A program made the position numbers and the translations under genes. Of a stretch of DNA of 60,409 nucleotides, positions 46,032-55,978 are shown piece by piece (the stretch's first letter is position 1; every line of letters begins with the position of its first letter). The stretch is from a virus. Taxonomy: Duplodnaviria; Caudoviricetes. The notes under the pieces are model-generated. The model made no database searches and had not been told where the DNA came from. It saw only the letters and a program-made list of their open reading frames with translations. The stretch spans positions 1-60,409 of the IMG/VR virus record IMGVR_UViG_3300012929_000019; one strand, written 5' to 3'.

Positions 46032-48821
46032 ATGACTACCAAGTTTGCGATCATCGACCTCGAGACGTTCGCCATCATGCCACGCCCGCAATATCCGCCG
46101 GCGCCAGTGGGACTTGCTTGGTTGGTGGCTGGTAAGAAGGGGTACGAGCCATGCCGCTCGCCGTCGGAGCGTCAACGCTGCGCGAAGATGGTCAAGCAGT
46201 GGTACCGCGAGGGCATGGCACCGGTGTTTCACAACGCGAGCTTTGACCTGGACGTTTTAGAGACCCACCTAGGCGTCATGTGGCCTGCGGCTCATGAGGA
46301 CACGCTGCTGCTCGCGTATCTCTTTGAGCCGCGCGCGCCGACGTTCGCGTTGAAGCCCTTGGCTGAGCGGCTGCTGGGCGAGAGGCCAGACGAGCGCGAC
46401 GCCTTACGAGATTGGATCGTGGCCCACGTCAAGGGCGCGACGATGAAAACGTGGGGCGCCTACATCAGTGAGGCGCCGTTCGAGCTGGTGCGGCCGTATG
46501 CCATCGGCGACGTGGTGCGCACCGCCAAGCTCCATCAATTATTTTTAAGGCAGCTCAAGCTGGAGCCCAAGATGCAGGGCGCCTACGCGCGTGAGAAAAA
46601 GCTGACGCGGGTGCTCGTGAAGATGGAGCGGCGCGGCGTTCCGGTAGCCGTGCGCGCCCTCGCGCGCGACACCAAGCTCTGGCAGGCCCAGATGGGCGCC
46701 CTCGAGGGCCAGCTCTTCAAAGACCTCAAGGTGCCTAAGAAAGAGCGCAATGAGGAATTTGCGTGGTCAGGCGTGAACTTCGCCGAGCGGCTGTTAAAGA
46801 GCGGCATCGTTGACGAGCTGCCTCTCACGTTGAAGGGCAACCCGTCGACGAGCGCAGACAACCTGGGGCCGTTGCTCCCCCCTAAGATCGCGCACCGCTT
46901 GGAGCTCCGCGCGCAGCTGCAGACCTGCATCAGCACGTTCGCGCTCGCGTGGCTCGCGCAGGCCCAGGATGGCGGGCGGTTCTATGCGAGGTACAACCAG
47001 GTGCGCCAAAACAGTAACGGCAACGGCGGCATGGTTGGCACCACCACCGGGCGGTTGTCGCAAAGTCCCAACCTGCAGAACGTAATTCGAAGTGACAAGT
47101 CTGAGGAGGTGCCGCAGCTGCGCCGCTACCTGGTGCCACTCAACGGTTGGTGGTGGCTCAAGAGAGATTTTTGCTTTTCAGATGACACCGAGGTGTTGAC
47201 CGACGACGGCTGGAAGCTATTTAAGGATCTTGATAAGACAGAACGCATAGCTCAATGGCGCGTTGGTGAGGTATCATTTGCGAAACCTTTGGCTTATCAA
47301 ATGGTTCCTTATAAAGGGGACATGATAAACATCATAGGCCAACGCACGACTGATTTACTGGTATCACCAGACCATAAATGTTTACAGGTAAATGAAGATC
47401 GCGGTATTGAGTTCGTAAAAGCGATTGATTATTCTTTGGTCCATACACAGCAGGTACATGCAGGTGCGTTAGACAATGGTTTCCAGATACTTGAGCCAAT
47501 GAAGATACTCGTGGTAGCATTGCAAGCTGACGCTAAGGTGCTTTTCACTCGCGATGGGCGCCCACGAGCTATTTTTTATCTTAAAAAGCAACGCAAGATT
47601 GATCGTTTATTACAGGCTATTAAAAAATTCAAGCTTAAGCACACTGTCACGTACCCGCCTAGCAAACCAGGATTTAGTTGCATCACGTTCATGGTGCCGG
47701 CGCTAGCAGGATTACTCGATTTTATACGAAATGGTGAATCTTCAACGGCTATCAAAAAATTCAATATTGCAGCGTTGTTTGCAACTGATTTATCATCGCG
47801 TCAACGCTTTGTTCGTGAACTTCAATTTTGGGATGGCACGAAAGGTCCTTGTGACGGATGGGCATATACCACGACGGTAAAGCACAATGCTGACGTGATA
47901 CAGGCTGTAGCAGCGGTATCAGATATTCGTTCTACCTGTCATGAAACGTTGCTGCCATCTGGAAAACAATTTTATACCATTGGCCTTACAGATCGCGTCA
48001 ACCGTTCGTGGACCAAGTGCTATCAAAAGCTGTCCGTGCCTTATGATGGGGTCATCTATTGCGTAACTATGCCATGGAGCACGGTGATCGTTAGACGCAA
48101 CGGAAAGGTGATGGTAACTGGGCAATCGCAGCAGGAGTTCCGCATCTTCGCCCACTATGAGGGTGGTGAGCTGCTCGCGCGGTATAAGGCGCAGCCCGAC
48201 ATCGACGTCCACGTGGTTACGGGGCAGATCTTGAAGGAGCGCGCTGGCATCGAGCTCGCGCGTCGTGCGATGAAGGACGTCAACTTTGGGGTGCTCTACG
48301 CGATGGGCCGTGAGAAGATGGCGCGCAAGCTCAACCTAGATGACCTGACGGCGCAGCGCACGCTCGCTGCCTACCATCGCTCGCTGCCAGGGATCAAGCA
48401 GCTGCAGCGCCAGCTCGCCGCGTGCGCCGAGGCAGGTGAGCCCATCTACACGTGGGGCGGGCGCCGGTACTACGTCGAGCCGCCGAAGATGATGAACGTC
48501 AAGCGCCACGGCGTGACGCGGTTGGTCGAGCAGACCTTCGAGTACAAGCTCTTGAACCTGCTGGTGCAGGGCAGCGCGGCCGATGCCACGAAGGAGGCGA
48601 CCGTGCGCTATGATGAGACGGGTTGGAACGAGGACGATAAGGGCCCGCTGTTGTTGCAGGTCCATGACGAGCTCAACACGATGGCACTGGCCGCGCACCG
48701 GCAGGAGGCGATGCGGGTCTTGCGCGAGGCGATGACGTCGATCGAGCTCGACGTGCCGCTGCTGTCGGACGGCAGCGCGTCGCGGGTCTCGTGGAACGAC
48801 GTAAAAGATGTGACGTGGTGA
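46032..48821 (+). CDS. polA: Family A DNA polymerase with 3'-5' exonuclease, intein-containing
   Basis: IDLET exo I, TGRLS..PNLQN, motif A DF|SQQE.R, motif B R..K.VNFG.LY, motif C QVHDE. Confidence 0.95.
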   Translation: MTTKFAIIDLETFAIMPRPQYPPAPVGLAWLVAGKKGYEPCRSPSERQRCAKMVKQWYREGMAPVFHNASFDLDVLETHLGVMWPAAHEDTLLLAYLFEPRAPTFALKPLAERLLGERPDERDALRDWIVAHVKGATMKTWGAYISEAPFELVRPYAIGDVVRTAKLHQLFLRQLKLEPKMQGAYAREKKLTRVLVKMERRGVPVAVRALARDTKLWQAQMGALEGQLFKDLKVPKKERNEEFAWSGVNFAERLLKSGIVDELPLTLKGNPSTSADNLGPLLPPKIAHRLELRAQLQTCISTFALAWLAQAQDGGRFYARYNQVRQNSNGNGGMVGTTTGRLSQSPNLQNVIRSDKSEEVPQLRRYLVPLNGWWWLKRDFCFSDDTEVLTDDGWKLFKDLDKTERIAQWRVGEVSFAKPLAYQMVPYKGDMINIIGQRTTDLLVSPDHKCLQVNEDRGIEFVKAIDYSLVHTQQVHAGALDNGFQILEPMKILVVALQADAKVLFTRDGRPRAIFYLKKQRKIDRLLQAIKKFKLKHTVTYPPSKPGFSCITFMVPALAGLLDFIRNGESSTAIKKFNIAALFATDLSSRQRFVRELQFWDGTKGPCDGWAYTTTVKHNADVIQAVAAVSDIRSTCHETLLPSGKQFYTIGLTDRVNRSWTKCYQKLSVPYDGVIYCVTMPWSTVIVRRNGKVMVTGQSQQEFRIFAHYEGGELLARYKAQPDIDVHVVTGQILKERAGIELARRAMKDVNFGVLYAMGREKMARKLNLDDLTAQRTLAAYHRSLPGIKQLQRQLAACAEAGEPIYTWGGRRYYVEPPKMMNVKRHGVTRLVEQTFEYKLLNLLVQGSAADATKEATVRYDETGWNEDDKGPLLLQVHDELNTMALAAHRQEAMRVLREAMTSIELDVPLLSDGSASRVSWNDVKDVTW
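47172..48125 (+). mobile_element. Intein in Pol A motif A (318 aa, Gln-terminated, LAGLIDADG-like core)
   Basis: DF|CFSDDTEVLT..GWK...VSPDH...ALQADA...LQFWDG...YDG.IYCV......VRRNGK...TGQ|SQQE; lower GC than flanks. Confidence 0.92.
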
Positions 48822-49040
48822 TACATAAACAATCTGGAGTAACTAGCGATGGAAGCGAAAGAACTTGAACTTAAGGCGCCCGCGACGCAGCTCGCGTGCC
48901 TGCAGGCGATGACGCAATCTTTGAAGGAGATCGCGTTTTATCTGATGGTGATCAGCTCAGAGGCTACCCTAGAGGAGGTCGACGAGGGCATGGAGGCCCA
49001 GAATCAGATGAATAACGACGAGCGGCTGGCGGCGAATTGA

Positions 49041-49784
49041 ATGATTAAAAAACTCCCCCAGGCCTGGTCCTACAGCCGGCTCGCGGACTATGATCGCTGT
49101 CCGCAGCTCTTTAAATTTAAGCACATCGAGAAGCGGCCGGAACCATCAAACCCTGCCATGGAGCGCGGCCAGCGCATCCACGGGCTCGCCGAGACCGCGC
49201 TGTTGAAGCCGCGGAGCAAGATCCACCAGGACCTGATGCGCCTGCAGAAAGAGATCGCGCTCCTGCGCAAGCTCAAGGCGGAGCCCGAGGCGCAGCTCAC
49301 GTTCATCGACCAGTTCAAGGGAAAGACCGGGTGGTTCGACAAGGCCGCGTGGTGCCGCATCAAGGTCGACGCGGTGGCGCGCGTGACGTACTCAGAGGCG
49401 CTCGAGGAGATCGCGCCCGCGGAGGTAAAAGAGGGCAAGGGCGGGCAGCTCTCGCGGCTCTCGCCCGGGCGCTGGGTCGTTGATTGGAAAACCGGCCAGT
49501 TTCGGCCGGAACGAAGCCATGACCAGGTCGACCTCTACGCGCTGGGATCATTCTTGGACGACCACGTGGCCGAGTTCGTGATCGTGACGCTCGCGTTTGT
49601 CGACTTCGGGCGCGTGGTCCACGCGTACTACGACAACCCGAAGCGCGTGGCGGCGATGCGCACCAAGTGGCTCAAGCGCATCGGGCCGATGCAGCAGGAC
49701 GTGAAATTCAAGCCGAAGCCCGGCCCGCAATGCGCGTGGTGTTTTTTCTCTAGCAAGAAGGGCGGACCATGCCAGGCAGGATAA
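49041..49784 (+). CDS. Cas4/RecB-like PD-(D/E)xK exonuclease with Fe-S cysteines
   Basis: WSYSRL..Y..CP, RG..IH, KVD, VDWKTG, Q..LYA, CAWC......C. Confidence 0.85.
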   Translation: MIKKLPQAWSYSRLADYDRCPQLFKFKHIEKRPEPSNPAMERGQRIHGLAETALLKPRSKIHQDLMRLQKEIALLRKLKAEPEAQLTFIDQFKGKTGWFDKAAWCRIKVDAVARVTYSEALEEIAPAEVKEGKGGQLSRLSPGRWVVDWKTGQFRPERSHDQVDLYALGSFLDDHVAEFVIVTLAFVDFGRVVHAYYDNPKRVAAMRTKWLKRIGPMQQDVKFKPKPGPQCAWCFFSSKKGGPCQAG

Positions 49785-49929
49785 GCGGGTTGAGACTGCA
49801 GACGGAGAAGGACGGGTGTTGGTTCGTCGTGGTGGGCCAGGCCCGTGGCCGTAAGGCGCACAGCAGGACCTTTGCGATCGCGAGCTTTAGGCTCACCGGG
49901 CTGATCAAGCGCTACCGGGGGAGGCGGCC

Positions 49930-50325
49930 GTGCCGCGCCGTGTAAAATTTCAACCGCGGGTGCGCGAGGCGGACCTCGAGCGGAGGCACTGCCGCGAGCT
50001 GGAAGGAGAGGGCTGGAAGTGTTGGAAACAAAACGGGCTCGGGCGCGCGGCCCGCCCGGACCGGCTGCTGCTGGGCCCCAATGGCGAGAGCGCGATGATC
50101 GAGTGGAAGCGCCCGGGTGAGGTGCCGACGGCGCTGCAAGCTGGCGAGCTTGATACATTAGAAGCGATGGGGCACCTGGTTGCGTGCTGCGACTCGCTCG
50201 CGAGTGCGCGGGTGTTCGTGGCGAGCCTTCTCTTGCGTCGGGTCGACGGCTGGCGCAAGCGCTGGGGGATTGAGCACCCTCACGCAAAGAAGGCGCTGCC
50301 CTCGTTGAGGGCCTTCCGTGGTTGA
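49930..50325 (+). CDS. VRR-NUC domain nuclease
   Basis: E..LE......PDRL.......IEWKRPG..PT.LQ. Confidence 0.85.
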   Translation: MPRRVKFQPRVREADLERRHCRELEGEGWKCWKQNGLGRAARPDRLLLGPNGESAMIEWKRPGEVPTALQAGELDTLEAMGHLVACCDSLASARVFVASLLLRRVDGWRKRWGIEHPHAKKALPSLRAFRG

Positions 50326-51853
50326 GGAGTTCAAAGCGCGGAACTACCAGGCGGCAGCCATCTCATGGGTCCTCAGCCGCCCGTTTTCAGGCTTGATCAT
50401 GCGTCCAGGACTCGGCAAGACCGCGTGCGTGCTCGCGGCGCGCGTGGTGCTCAAAAAGAAGAAGCTGTCGAAGCGCTGCCTCGTGATCGCGCCCTACAAC
50501 GTTGCGGCGATCGTCTGGGCTGAAGAGATCGCCAAGTGGGGGTTTGCGCTCAAAACCGGATTCGCGCACGGAACGAAGTTCGAGCAGGTGATCCAAGATA
50601 AGACGTTAGACGTGGTGACGATGACGTGCGACGGCGTGGAGCGTCTCGCGCGGACGTTCACGCCGAACGATATCTTAAAGCTGTTCGACCACCTCGTGTG
50701 TGATGAGTCAACCAAGTTCAAGCATACTGGTGCCAAGCGCTTCAAGCTACTGAAGCCGTACCTCTCGTCGTTCGCGCGCCGTACGGTGCTGACGGGGACG
50801 CCAGCGCCGAACGGGTATCAGGACCTCTTTGGCCAAGCGTTCGTAACTGACCGTGGCCACCGGCTCGGGAAGTTCATCACGCGCTACACGCTGGAGTATT
50901 TCAACAAGACCGGCTTCGGTGGCTACACCACCATCTTGAAGAAGGGCGCGGCCAAGAAGATCCAAGCGAAGTTGGGTGATGTGTGGATGTTCGTCAATGA
51001 TGAGGCGCTGGGCCTGGCGCGCTATCAGTTGAACCAGATCAGGATCGAATTGCCTGAGCGCGCGGCCGCGCATTACACGAGCTTGAGGCGCGACATGCTG
51101 CTCGACGTGGGAGGCAAGGCCATCACGGCCGTCAACGCGGCGGTGCTGTCGAACAAGCTCAGGCAGGTCGCGTCGGGCGCTGCGTATGGCGACGAGAAGC
51201 GCGTGGTCGATCTCCACGACGCCAAGCTCACCGCTCTGGTTGATCTAATAGAGCAGCTCCAGGGCGACCCGGTGATTGTTGGATACGAGTTTGACCACGA
51301 GCGCGCCAAGATCGTGAAGGAGCTAGGGCCTAAGACGCTCGTGATCCAGGGCGCGACGACCAAGAGGCAGCGCCGCGAGATCTTGGCCAAGTTCAATACG
51401 GGCGAGCACCCGGTGCTGCTCGCGCAGTCCGCCACGATCGCGCACGGTTTAAATCTACAAAAAGCGTGCCACACCGTATGCTTCTACACGGTGCCATGGG
51501 ACCTCGAGGTGTTCGAGCAGTTTTTGAAGCGCGTCCACCGCCTGGGGCAGTTGAAGCGCGTCATGGTCCACGCGATCGTGGCACGTGGCACCATCGACGA
51601 GGGCGTGCTCAAGGTGCTGAGGATGAAAGACCACACCCAGCGCCAGCTGGTCGCCGCGCTCGCGGCCCATATAGAGGAGACAGATGATGACGATGTTTCA
51701 AGATGTGGCAAAGTTCCACGAGAAATTCGACGTACCGGTCGCGTTGTCGGAGGGCGGCGGGCAGTTGCCGCAGGTGCCAAGCCGCGAGGTACTCGATTAC
51801 CGCGAAAGGTTCATGCAAGAGGAACTCGACGAATTCAAAAAAGCGTCGCTTGA
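50318..51853 (+). CDS. SNF2-family helicase
   Basis: PGLGKT, DEST.FK, LTGTP.PN, HGLNLQ, R.HR.GQ. Confidence 0.92.
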   Translation: MVEEFKARNYQAAAISWVLSRPFSGLIMRPGLGKTACVLAARVVLKKKKLSKRCLVIAPYNVAAIVWAEEIAKWGFALKTGFAHGTKFEQVIQDKTLDVVTMTCDGVERLARTFTPNDILKLFDHLVCDESTKFKHTGAKRFKLLKPYLSSFARRTVLTGTPAPNGYQDLFGQAFVTDRGHRLGKFITRYTLEYFNKTGFGGYTTILKKGAAKKIQAKLGDVWMFVNDEALGLARYQLNQIRIELPERAAAHYTSLRRDMLLDVGGKAITAVNAAVLSNKLRQVASGAAYGDEKRVVDLHDAKLTALVDLIEQLQGDPVIVGYEFDHERAKIVKELGPKTLVIQGATTKRQRREILAKFNTGEHPVLLAQSATIAHGLNLQKACHTVCFYTVPWDLEVFEQFLKRVHRLGQLKRVMVHAIVARGTIDEGVLKVLRMKDHTQRQLVAALAAHIEETDDDDVSRCGKVPREIRRTGRVVGGRRAVAAGAKPRGTRLPRKVHARGTRRIQKSVA

Positions 51854-52097
51854 GGCGGATCTTCATGAGATGGCCGACGCTTTGGCCGATTTGATTTGGA
51901 CCGCATGCGGTACCGCGCATTATTGTGGCGTGCCGCTCGATCTGGTGTGGGACGAGGTCAAGCGCGCCAATCTTGAAAAAGTGAGGCTGGTGCGCGGCGC
52001 TGATCAGACTCAGAAGAACTGGCGCGTCGACGTGATCACGAAGCCAGCCGGTTGGCGGCCGCCTGACCACCGTCGTGCGCTGGGGCTAGATAAGTGA
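51684..52097 (+). CDS. MazG/PRA-PH-like dNTP pyrophosphohydrolase
   Basis: V.KFH.KF, EELDEF, ADALADL....G, WDEV.RAN..K, KP.GW.PPD. Confidence 0.85.
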   Translation: MMTMFQDVAKFHEKFDVPVALSEGGGQLPQVPSREVLDYRERFMQEELDEFKKASLEADLHEMADALADLIWTACGTAHYCGVPLDLVWDEVKRANLEKVRLVRGADQTQKNWRVDVITKPAGWRPPDHRRALGLDK

Positions 52098-53524
52098 GTA
52101 AGAAACGACTTACCGCGCTCGGATGTCACATCTACGCTGGGGGATTCAGCTTAGGCGTGCGCCAGCATTTCGACGTGCTCGCGCACCTCGAGGAATGGAA
52201 CTTCGGCGTCGAGACGGCGCGCAAGAACCTGAAGATTCCCGTACACGTGGGCAAGCCCGAGATGTGGCCAGTGGCGGACTACGCGGGCAAGGTGGATTTT
52301 TTGTACGCGAACCCACCGTGCGCCGTTTGGAGTCAGGGCGCTGGCCGCATGGGCGGGCTGTGGCGCACGGATCCGCGCGTACAACATTGGATCAACGTGC
52401 TGGAGCTGCTCGACAAGATCAGGCCCAAGGTGTGGGCGTGCGAATCGGTGCGCGGCGCTTACGGGCGCGGGCGGTCGCTTACCGAGCCATTCATCATCCG
52501 CGCAGCGCGCAAGGGATACCGCGCGACGCATGTCTTAGTGAACGGTCTCGAGCATGGCGTTCCACAGTCGCGCCCTAGGTATTTCTTGGTGCTAAGCCAG
52601 GTAGACCTTCCGTGGGCAGCGACTGGCCTCAAGCACTCGATGACGATCGCCGATGCGTGGAGGCGGCTGCCGAAGCGCGTGACGATGCCGACGACTAAAA
52701 CCTACTTTCATCAGATCTTGAAGCACTCGCGTGCTGGGGAGGATCTGCGCACCACGTTCAACCGGGTGATGGACCCTGAGAAGTTGATAGTTAAAGAGAA
52801 CGGCTGCGTCCAAGGCCGGCCAGCCTTCAGCGTCAAGCGGCTGCGGACGGAGGGGCAGAGTCACGTGATCACGGGTGGGATGAGTTTCGTGCATCCGACC
52901 AAGCACCGATTTTTGACGGTGGAGGAACAGCAGCTCCTCTGCACGTACCCACCTGGTTTTATCTTCTATGGCGCCATCTCCGGCCAATACGCGCAGATCG
53001 GCAAAGCCGTGATGCCCGCAACTGCCGAATATCTCGCGCGCGTGGTGGCGCACGGCCTTAGGCGCAACAAAAAGCCGCCCGCGCTCTCCGCGGAGGAGGT
53101 GACGATCCTGCGTGACCAGGTGCTGAGGCGCGACGTTGAGAGGTATTCAGGCCCGGTCTTTGAGATGCCGGTGGTACAACCAAAGCAAGAGGAGCCAGAC
53201 ATGGCGAAGAAAACGACGAGCAAAAAGAATGGTAAAGGCGACGGTAAAAGTAACGGTAAGAGCAAGGGCAACGGTAAGAGTAAAACGGTAGCGTTGCCCA
53301 ATATCCCAGGTGAGACGCTCAAGGCCTATCAGAAGCGCTTAGATCACGCACCGGTATCGACGCACAAGGGCAGCGGGTACCGCATCCGCGAGATGCTGGT
53401 GAAGGAGATGCCGACCGACAAGATCCTGGCCACGATCCATAAAGAGTTCCCACAGAGCAAGGCGACGAGCTCAGACGTGAGCTGGAACCGCGCTAAGCTA
53501 GCTAAGCAGGGAGGTGCCCCGTGA
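52094..53524 (+). CDS. C5 cytosine DNA methyltransferase-like protein with C-terminal basic DNA-binding extension
   Basis: YAGGF.LG (motif I variant), ANPPC (IV), ESV (VI), PQSRPRYF (VIII), R.LT.EE, QIGKAV (X). Confidence 0.8.
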   Translation: MSKKRLTALGCHIYAGGFSLGVRQHFDVLAHLEEWNFGVETARKNLKIPVHVGKPEMWPVADYAGKVDFLYANPPCAVWSQGAGRMGGLWRTDPRVQHWINVLELLDKIRPKVWACESVRGAYGRGRSLTEPFIIRAARKGYRATHVLVNGLEHGVPQSRPRYFLVLSQVDLPWAATGLKHSMTIADAWRRLPKRVTMPTTKTYFHQILKHSRAGEDLRTTFNRVMDPEKLIVKENGCVQGRPAFSVKRLRTEGQSHVITGGMSFVHPTKHRFLTVEEQQLLCTYPPGFIFYGAISGQYAQIGKAVMPATAEYLARVVAHGLRRNKKPPALSAEEVTILRDQVLRRDVERYSGPVFEMPVVQPKQEEPDMAKKTTSKKNGKGDGKSNGKSKGNGKSKTVALPNIPGETLKAYQKRLDHAPVSTHKGSGYRIREMLVKEMPTDKILATIHKEFPQSKATSSDVSWNRAKLAKQGGAP

Positions 53525-54243
53525 GCAGGGTACGCGGTAATGATGAAAGAGAGTTCGATACTACTCAGTTGCGTGAGAACGGGCGAGGCACGGTTATTCA
53601 CAGAGACTACATCGCGCATGTTATGCGCTGGGGTTTTGCACGGCGCATGATCACGAATCAGGATGAGGTACTTGAGGTCGGGTGCGGGCAGGACACGCCG
53701 CTGCTAAAGGTGATGTCTATCTATGCGAGCACGTACCCAAAAAGATACGTGGGAGTGGACCTCAATAAGCCTATTGGCCGCACGGCCACGCGCGCGTGGG
53801 CCACGTTGCATTGGGGATTTAATTTCATCAAGGACCATAAGAAGTTGGGCGGAGGATTTACCAAGGCGGTGTCCTTCGAAGTTATAGAGCATATGCAGAA
53901 GGCGTCAGGTGGTAAGCTGCTCAAGGGTATCTACGGACAGCTCCGTCCGGGCGGCCAGTTGTTTTTATCAACCCCGGTGTTCAATGGCAAGTTCCAAGCT
54001 AAGGTGCATATCCACGAGTACACGATCGACGAGCTCAAGCAGAGCATCACCAAGGCGGGGTTCAAGATCCAAGCTCGCTATGGTACCTTCATGAATATCA
54101 ACGACGTGAAGAAGGCGAGGCCTGAGCATCGCCAGGTGTGTGATGCGCTCAGGTGCTATTACGCGGACGATGTGCTTGCAACCTTCTTGGCGCCGCTCTA
54201 TCCGGACCTGTCGCGCAATAATTTCTGGGTACTGTCTAAATAG
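53521..54243 (+). CDS. Class I SAM-dependent methyltransferase
   Basis: VLEVGCG, YVGVD, FEVIEH, L.PGG.LFLSTP, H.HEY. Confidence 0.85.
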   Translation: MSRVRGNDEREFDTTQLRENGRGTVIHRDYIAHVMRWGFARRMITNQDEVLEVGCGQDTPLLKVMSIYASTYPKRYVGVDLNKPIGRTATRAWATLHWGFNFIKDHKKLGGGFTKAVSFEVIEHMQKASGGKLLKGIYGQLRPGGQLFLSTPVFNGKFQAKVHIHEYTIDELKQSITKAGFKIQARYGTFMNINDVKKARPEHRQVCDALRCYYADDVLATFLAPLYPDLSRNNFWVLSK

Positions 54244-54263
54244 ATAAAACTTGAGGAGAAAAA

Positions 54264-55184
54264 ATGATCATCATCCTAGAGGGCCCGGACGGCGCCGGAA
54301 AGACCGTCCTCGCCACCATATTAGACCAGCGGCTCACGCGCCTCGAACACGTCGTCGCGACGCAGCACCACGGGCCCTACGCCGGGTGCCAGGACCCGTC
54401 GCTCAACTATCTGGCGAGCCTGGAGCGGCAGCGCTATGGCAGGTACCGGAGCGGCATCAAGATCTTGGACCGCTGCTGGCTCTCTGAAATTCCTTATGGC
54501 CGCGCGCTGCGCGGTGGCGCGGACCGCGTGGGTACCGCCTCACGGCGCATGCTCGAGCGCGTGGCGCTGCGCCTAGGCGCGTTCGTGATCCTGTGTCGGC
54601 CGTCTTTTGAGACGTGCCAGCGCAACTGGGCCCAGCGCCGAGCTTACGAGCTGGCCCAGGATAACGAGACCATCAAAAAGATCTATGACGGATACGCGCC
54701 TGAGGCCCTCGCGAGCGCCACCAGCCTCCCCGTGGTCGCTTACGACTACACGGGCACGCGCGACGCGCTCGAGCCCGCGCTCGCGCAGATCATCGCCTTG
54801 AAAGACTACGCGCCGCCTGAGGCGGGCGTTGGCCGCTGGCACCCGGACTCGACGCTGCTGGTGGGCGATCGCGTGAGCCGGTACGGATTTAACGACCTTC
54901 CCTTCGTGTCGTTCACCCGCGGCGGGTGCTCGCAGTGGCTCGCCCAGAAACTCGAGGGCTGGGGCGTGCCTGAGTCCAAGCTCTACTGGGTCAACGCGCT
55001 CGGGCTAGACCCGGAGTTCTTAGGCCATGAGGGCGCGCCTAAGCGCGTGGTAGCGCTCGGGGCCAACGCGGCCAGGTGGTGCGAGCGCGCCGGCATCGGC
55101 TTTACGCGGGTGGCCCACCCGCAGGCGCACAAGCGGTTTCGCTTCAACGAGGAATACGCGGATCTCAAGGAGGCGCTCTTATGA
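54264..55184 (+). CDS. dNMP (thymidylate-type) kinase fused to a UDG-superfamily domain
   Basis: IILEGPDGAGKT, DR.WLSE..Y; C-terminal LVGD...PF....G.S.WL...N....VVALG..A......HPQ. Confidence 0.8.
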   Translation: MIIILEGPDGAGKTVLATILDQRLTRLEHVVATQHHGPYAGCQDPSLNYLASLERQRYGRYRSGIKILDRCWLSEIPYGRALRGGADRVGTASRRMLERVALRLGAFVILCRPSFETCQRNWAQRRAYELAQDNETIKKIYDGYAPEALASATSLPVVAYDYTGTRDALEPALAQIIALKDYAPPEAGVGRWHPDSTLLVGDRVSRYGFNDLPFVSFTRGGCSQWLAQKLEGWGVPESKLYWVNALGLDPEFLGHEGAPKRVVALGANAARWCERAGIGFTRVAHPQAHKRFRFNEEYADLKEALL

Positions 55185-55978
55185 GGACCGTCAACTCACG
55201 GCACATGGACTACGCGTGGCTCGCGGCGTTGGATCATATCGAGTGGGGCGGCGATACCGTCACGCCGCGCGGGCAGCCCACGAAGGAGCTCGTCTGCCAC
55301 ACGATGATCGTCGACATGACGCGGCCCGTGGTGACGGTCAAGGAGCGCCACCTTGGCTACCGGTTCATGTGCGCCGAGGCGGCGTGGCTGCTGTCGGGTG
55401 ACGACCGCGTGGAAACGATCGCGCCCTACTCGAAGACCATCGCCAACTTCTCAGATGACGGCGCGACGTTTTTTGGGGCCTACGGGCCCAAGCTGCGCGC
55501 GCAGCTAGACTACGTGGTCGGCTGCCTGCGCGATGATCCTCTGAGCCGCCAGGCGGTGGCCAACATCTGGCGCGAGAGCCCGCGGAAAACAAAAGACTAC
55601 CCGTGCCACCTGAGCACGCAGTTTTTGATCCGCGACGGACGGCTCCACCAGGTCGCGACGATGCGGTCGTCGGATTTATTTCTTGGTATCGTCTACGATA
55701 TTTTTAATTTTTCGATGTGGGCCGCGTACGTGGCGATCTGCCTAGGCGACCGGAACCTCAAGCTCGGAAATATCTACAATACCGCGGCGAGCCGCCACCT
55801 GTATGACACCAACGCTGCCGCCGCGACCGCGTGCCTCGCGGACCCAGCGGCTAAGTTCGAGTACGCCCCGTTCAGGTGGACGGAGTTCGTCGATAGCGAG
55901 GACCTCATTGACCACCTGTGGCGGCTGGCGCGTGGGCAGGTGTTGTTCCGTGAGTGGCTCAAGGAGCTCAGGGCATGA
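55181..55978 (+). CDS. Thymidylate synthase superfamily enzyme, Asp-type (candidate dCMP methyl/hydroxymethyltransferase)
   Basis: PRG..T.E, AE..W.LSG, GAYGP, SRQAV, PC, MRSSD.FLG..YD. Confidence 0.85.
   Translation: MRTVNSRHMDYAWLAALDHIEWGGDTVTPRGQPTKELVCHTMIVDMTRPVVTVKERHLGYRFMCAEAAWLLSGDDRVETIAPYSKTIANFSDDGATFFGAYGPKLRAQLDYVVGCLRDDPLSRQAVANIWRESPRKTKDYPCHLSTQFLIRDGRLHQVATMRSSDLFLGIVYDIFNFSMWAAYVAICLGDRNLKLGNIYNTAASRHLYDTNAAAATACLADPAAKFEYAPFRWTEFVDSEDLIDHLWRLARGQVLFREWLKELRA

Noticed and set aside
49041-49784. CRISPR-Cas system inferred from the Cas4-like nuclease
   Set aside because: No array or other cas genes; it sits in an ordinary Pol/VRR-NUC/SNF2 replication module
51684-51853. 170-nt overlap of SNF2 helicase and MazG-like genes as a frameshift signal
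   Set aside because: The MazG-like gene has its own GAGGAG RBS and the helicase tail is non-conserved run-on sequence
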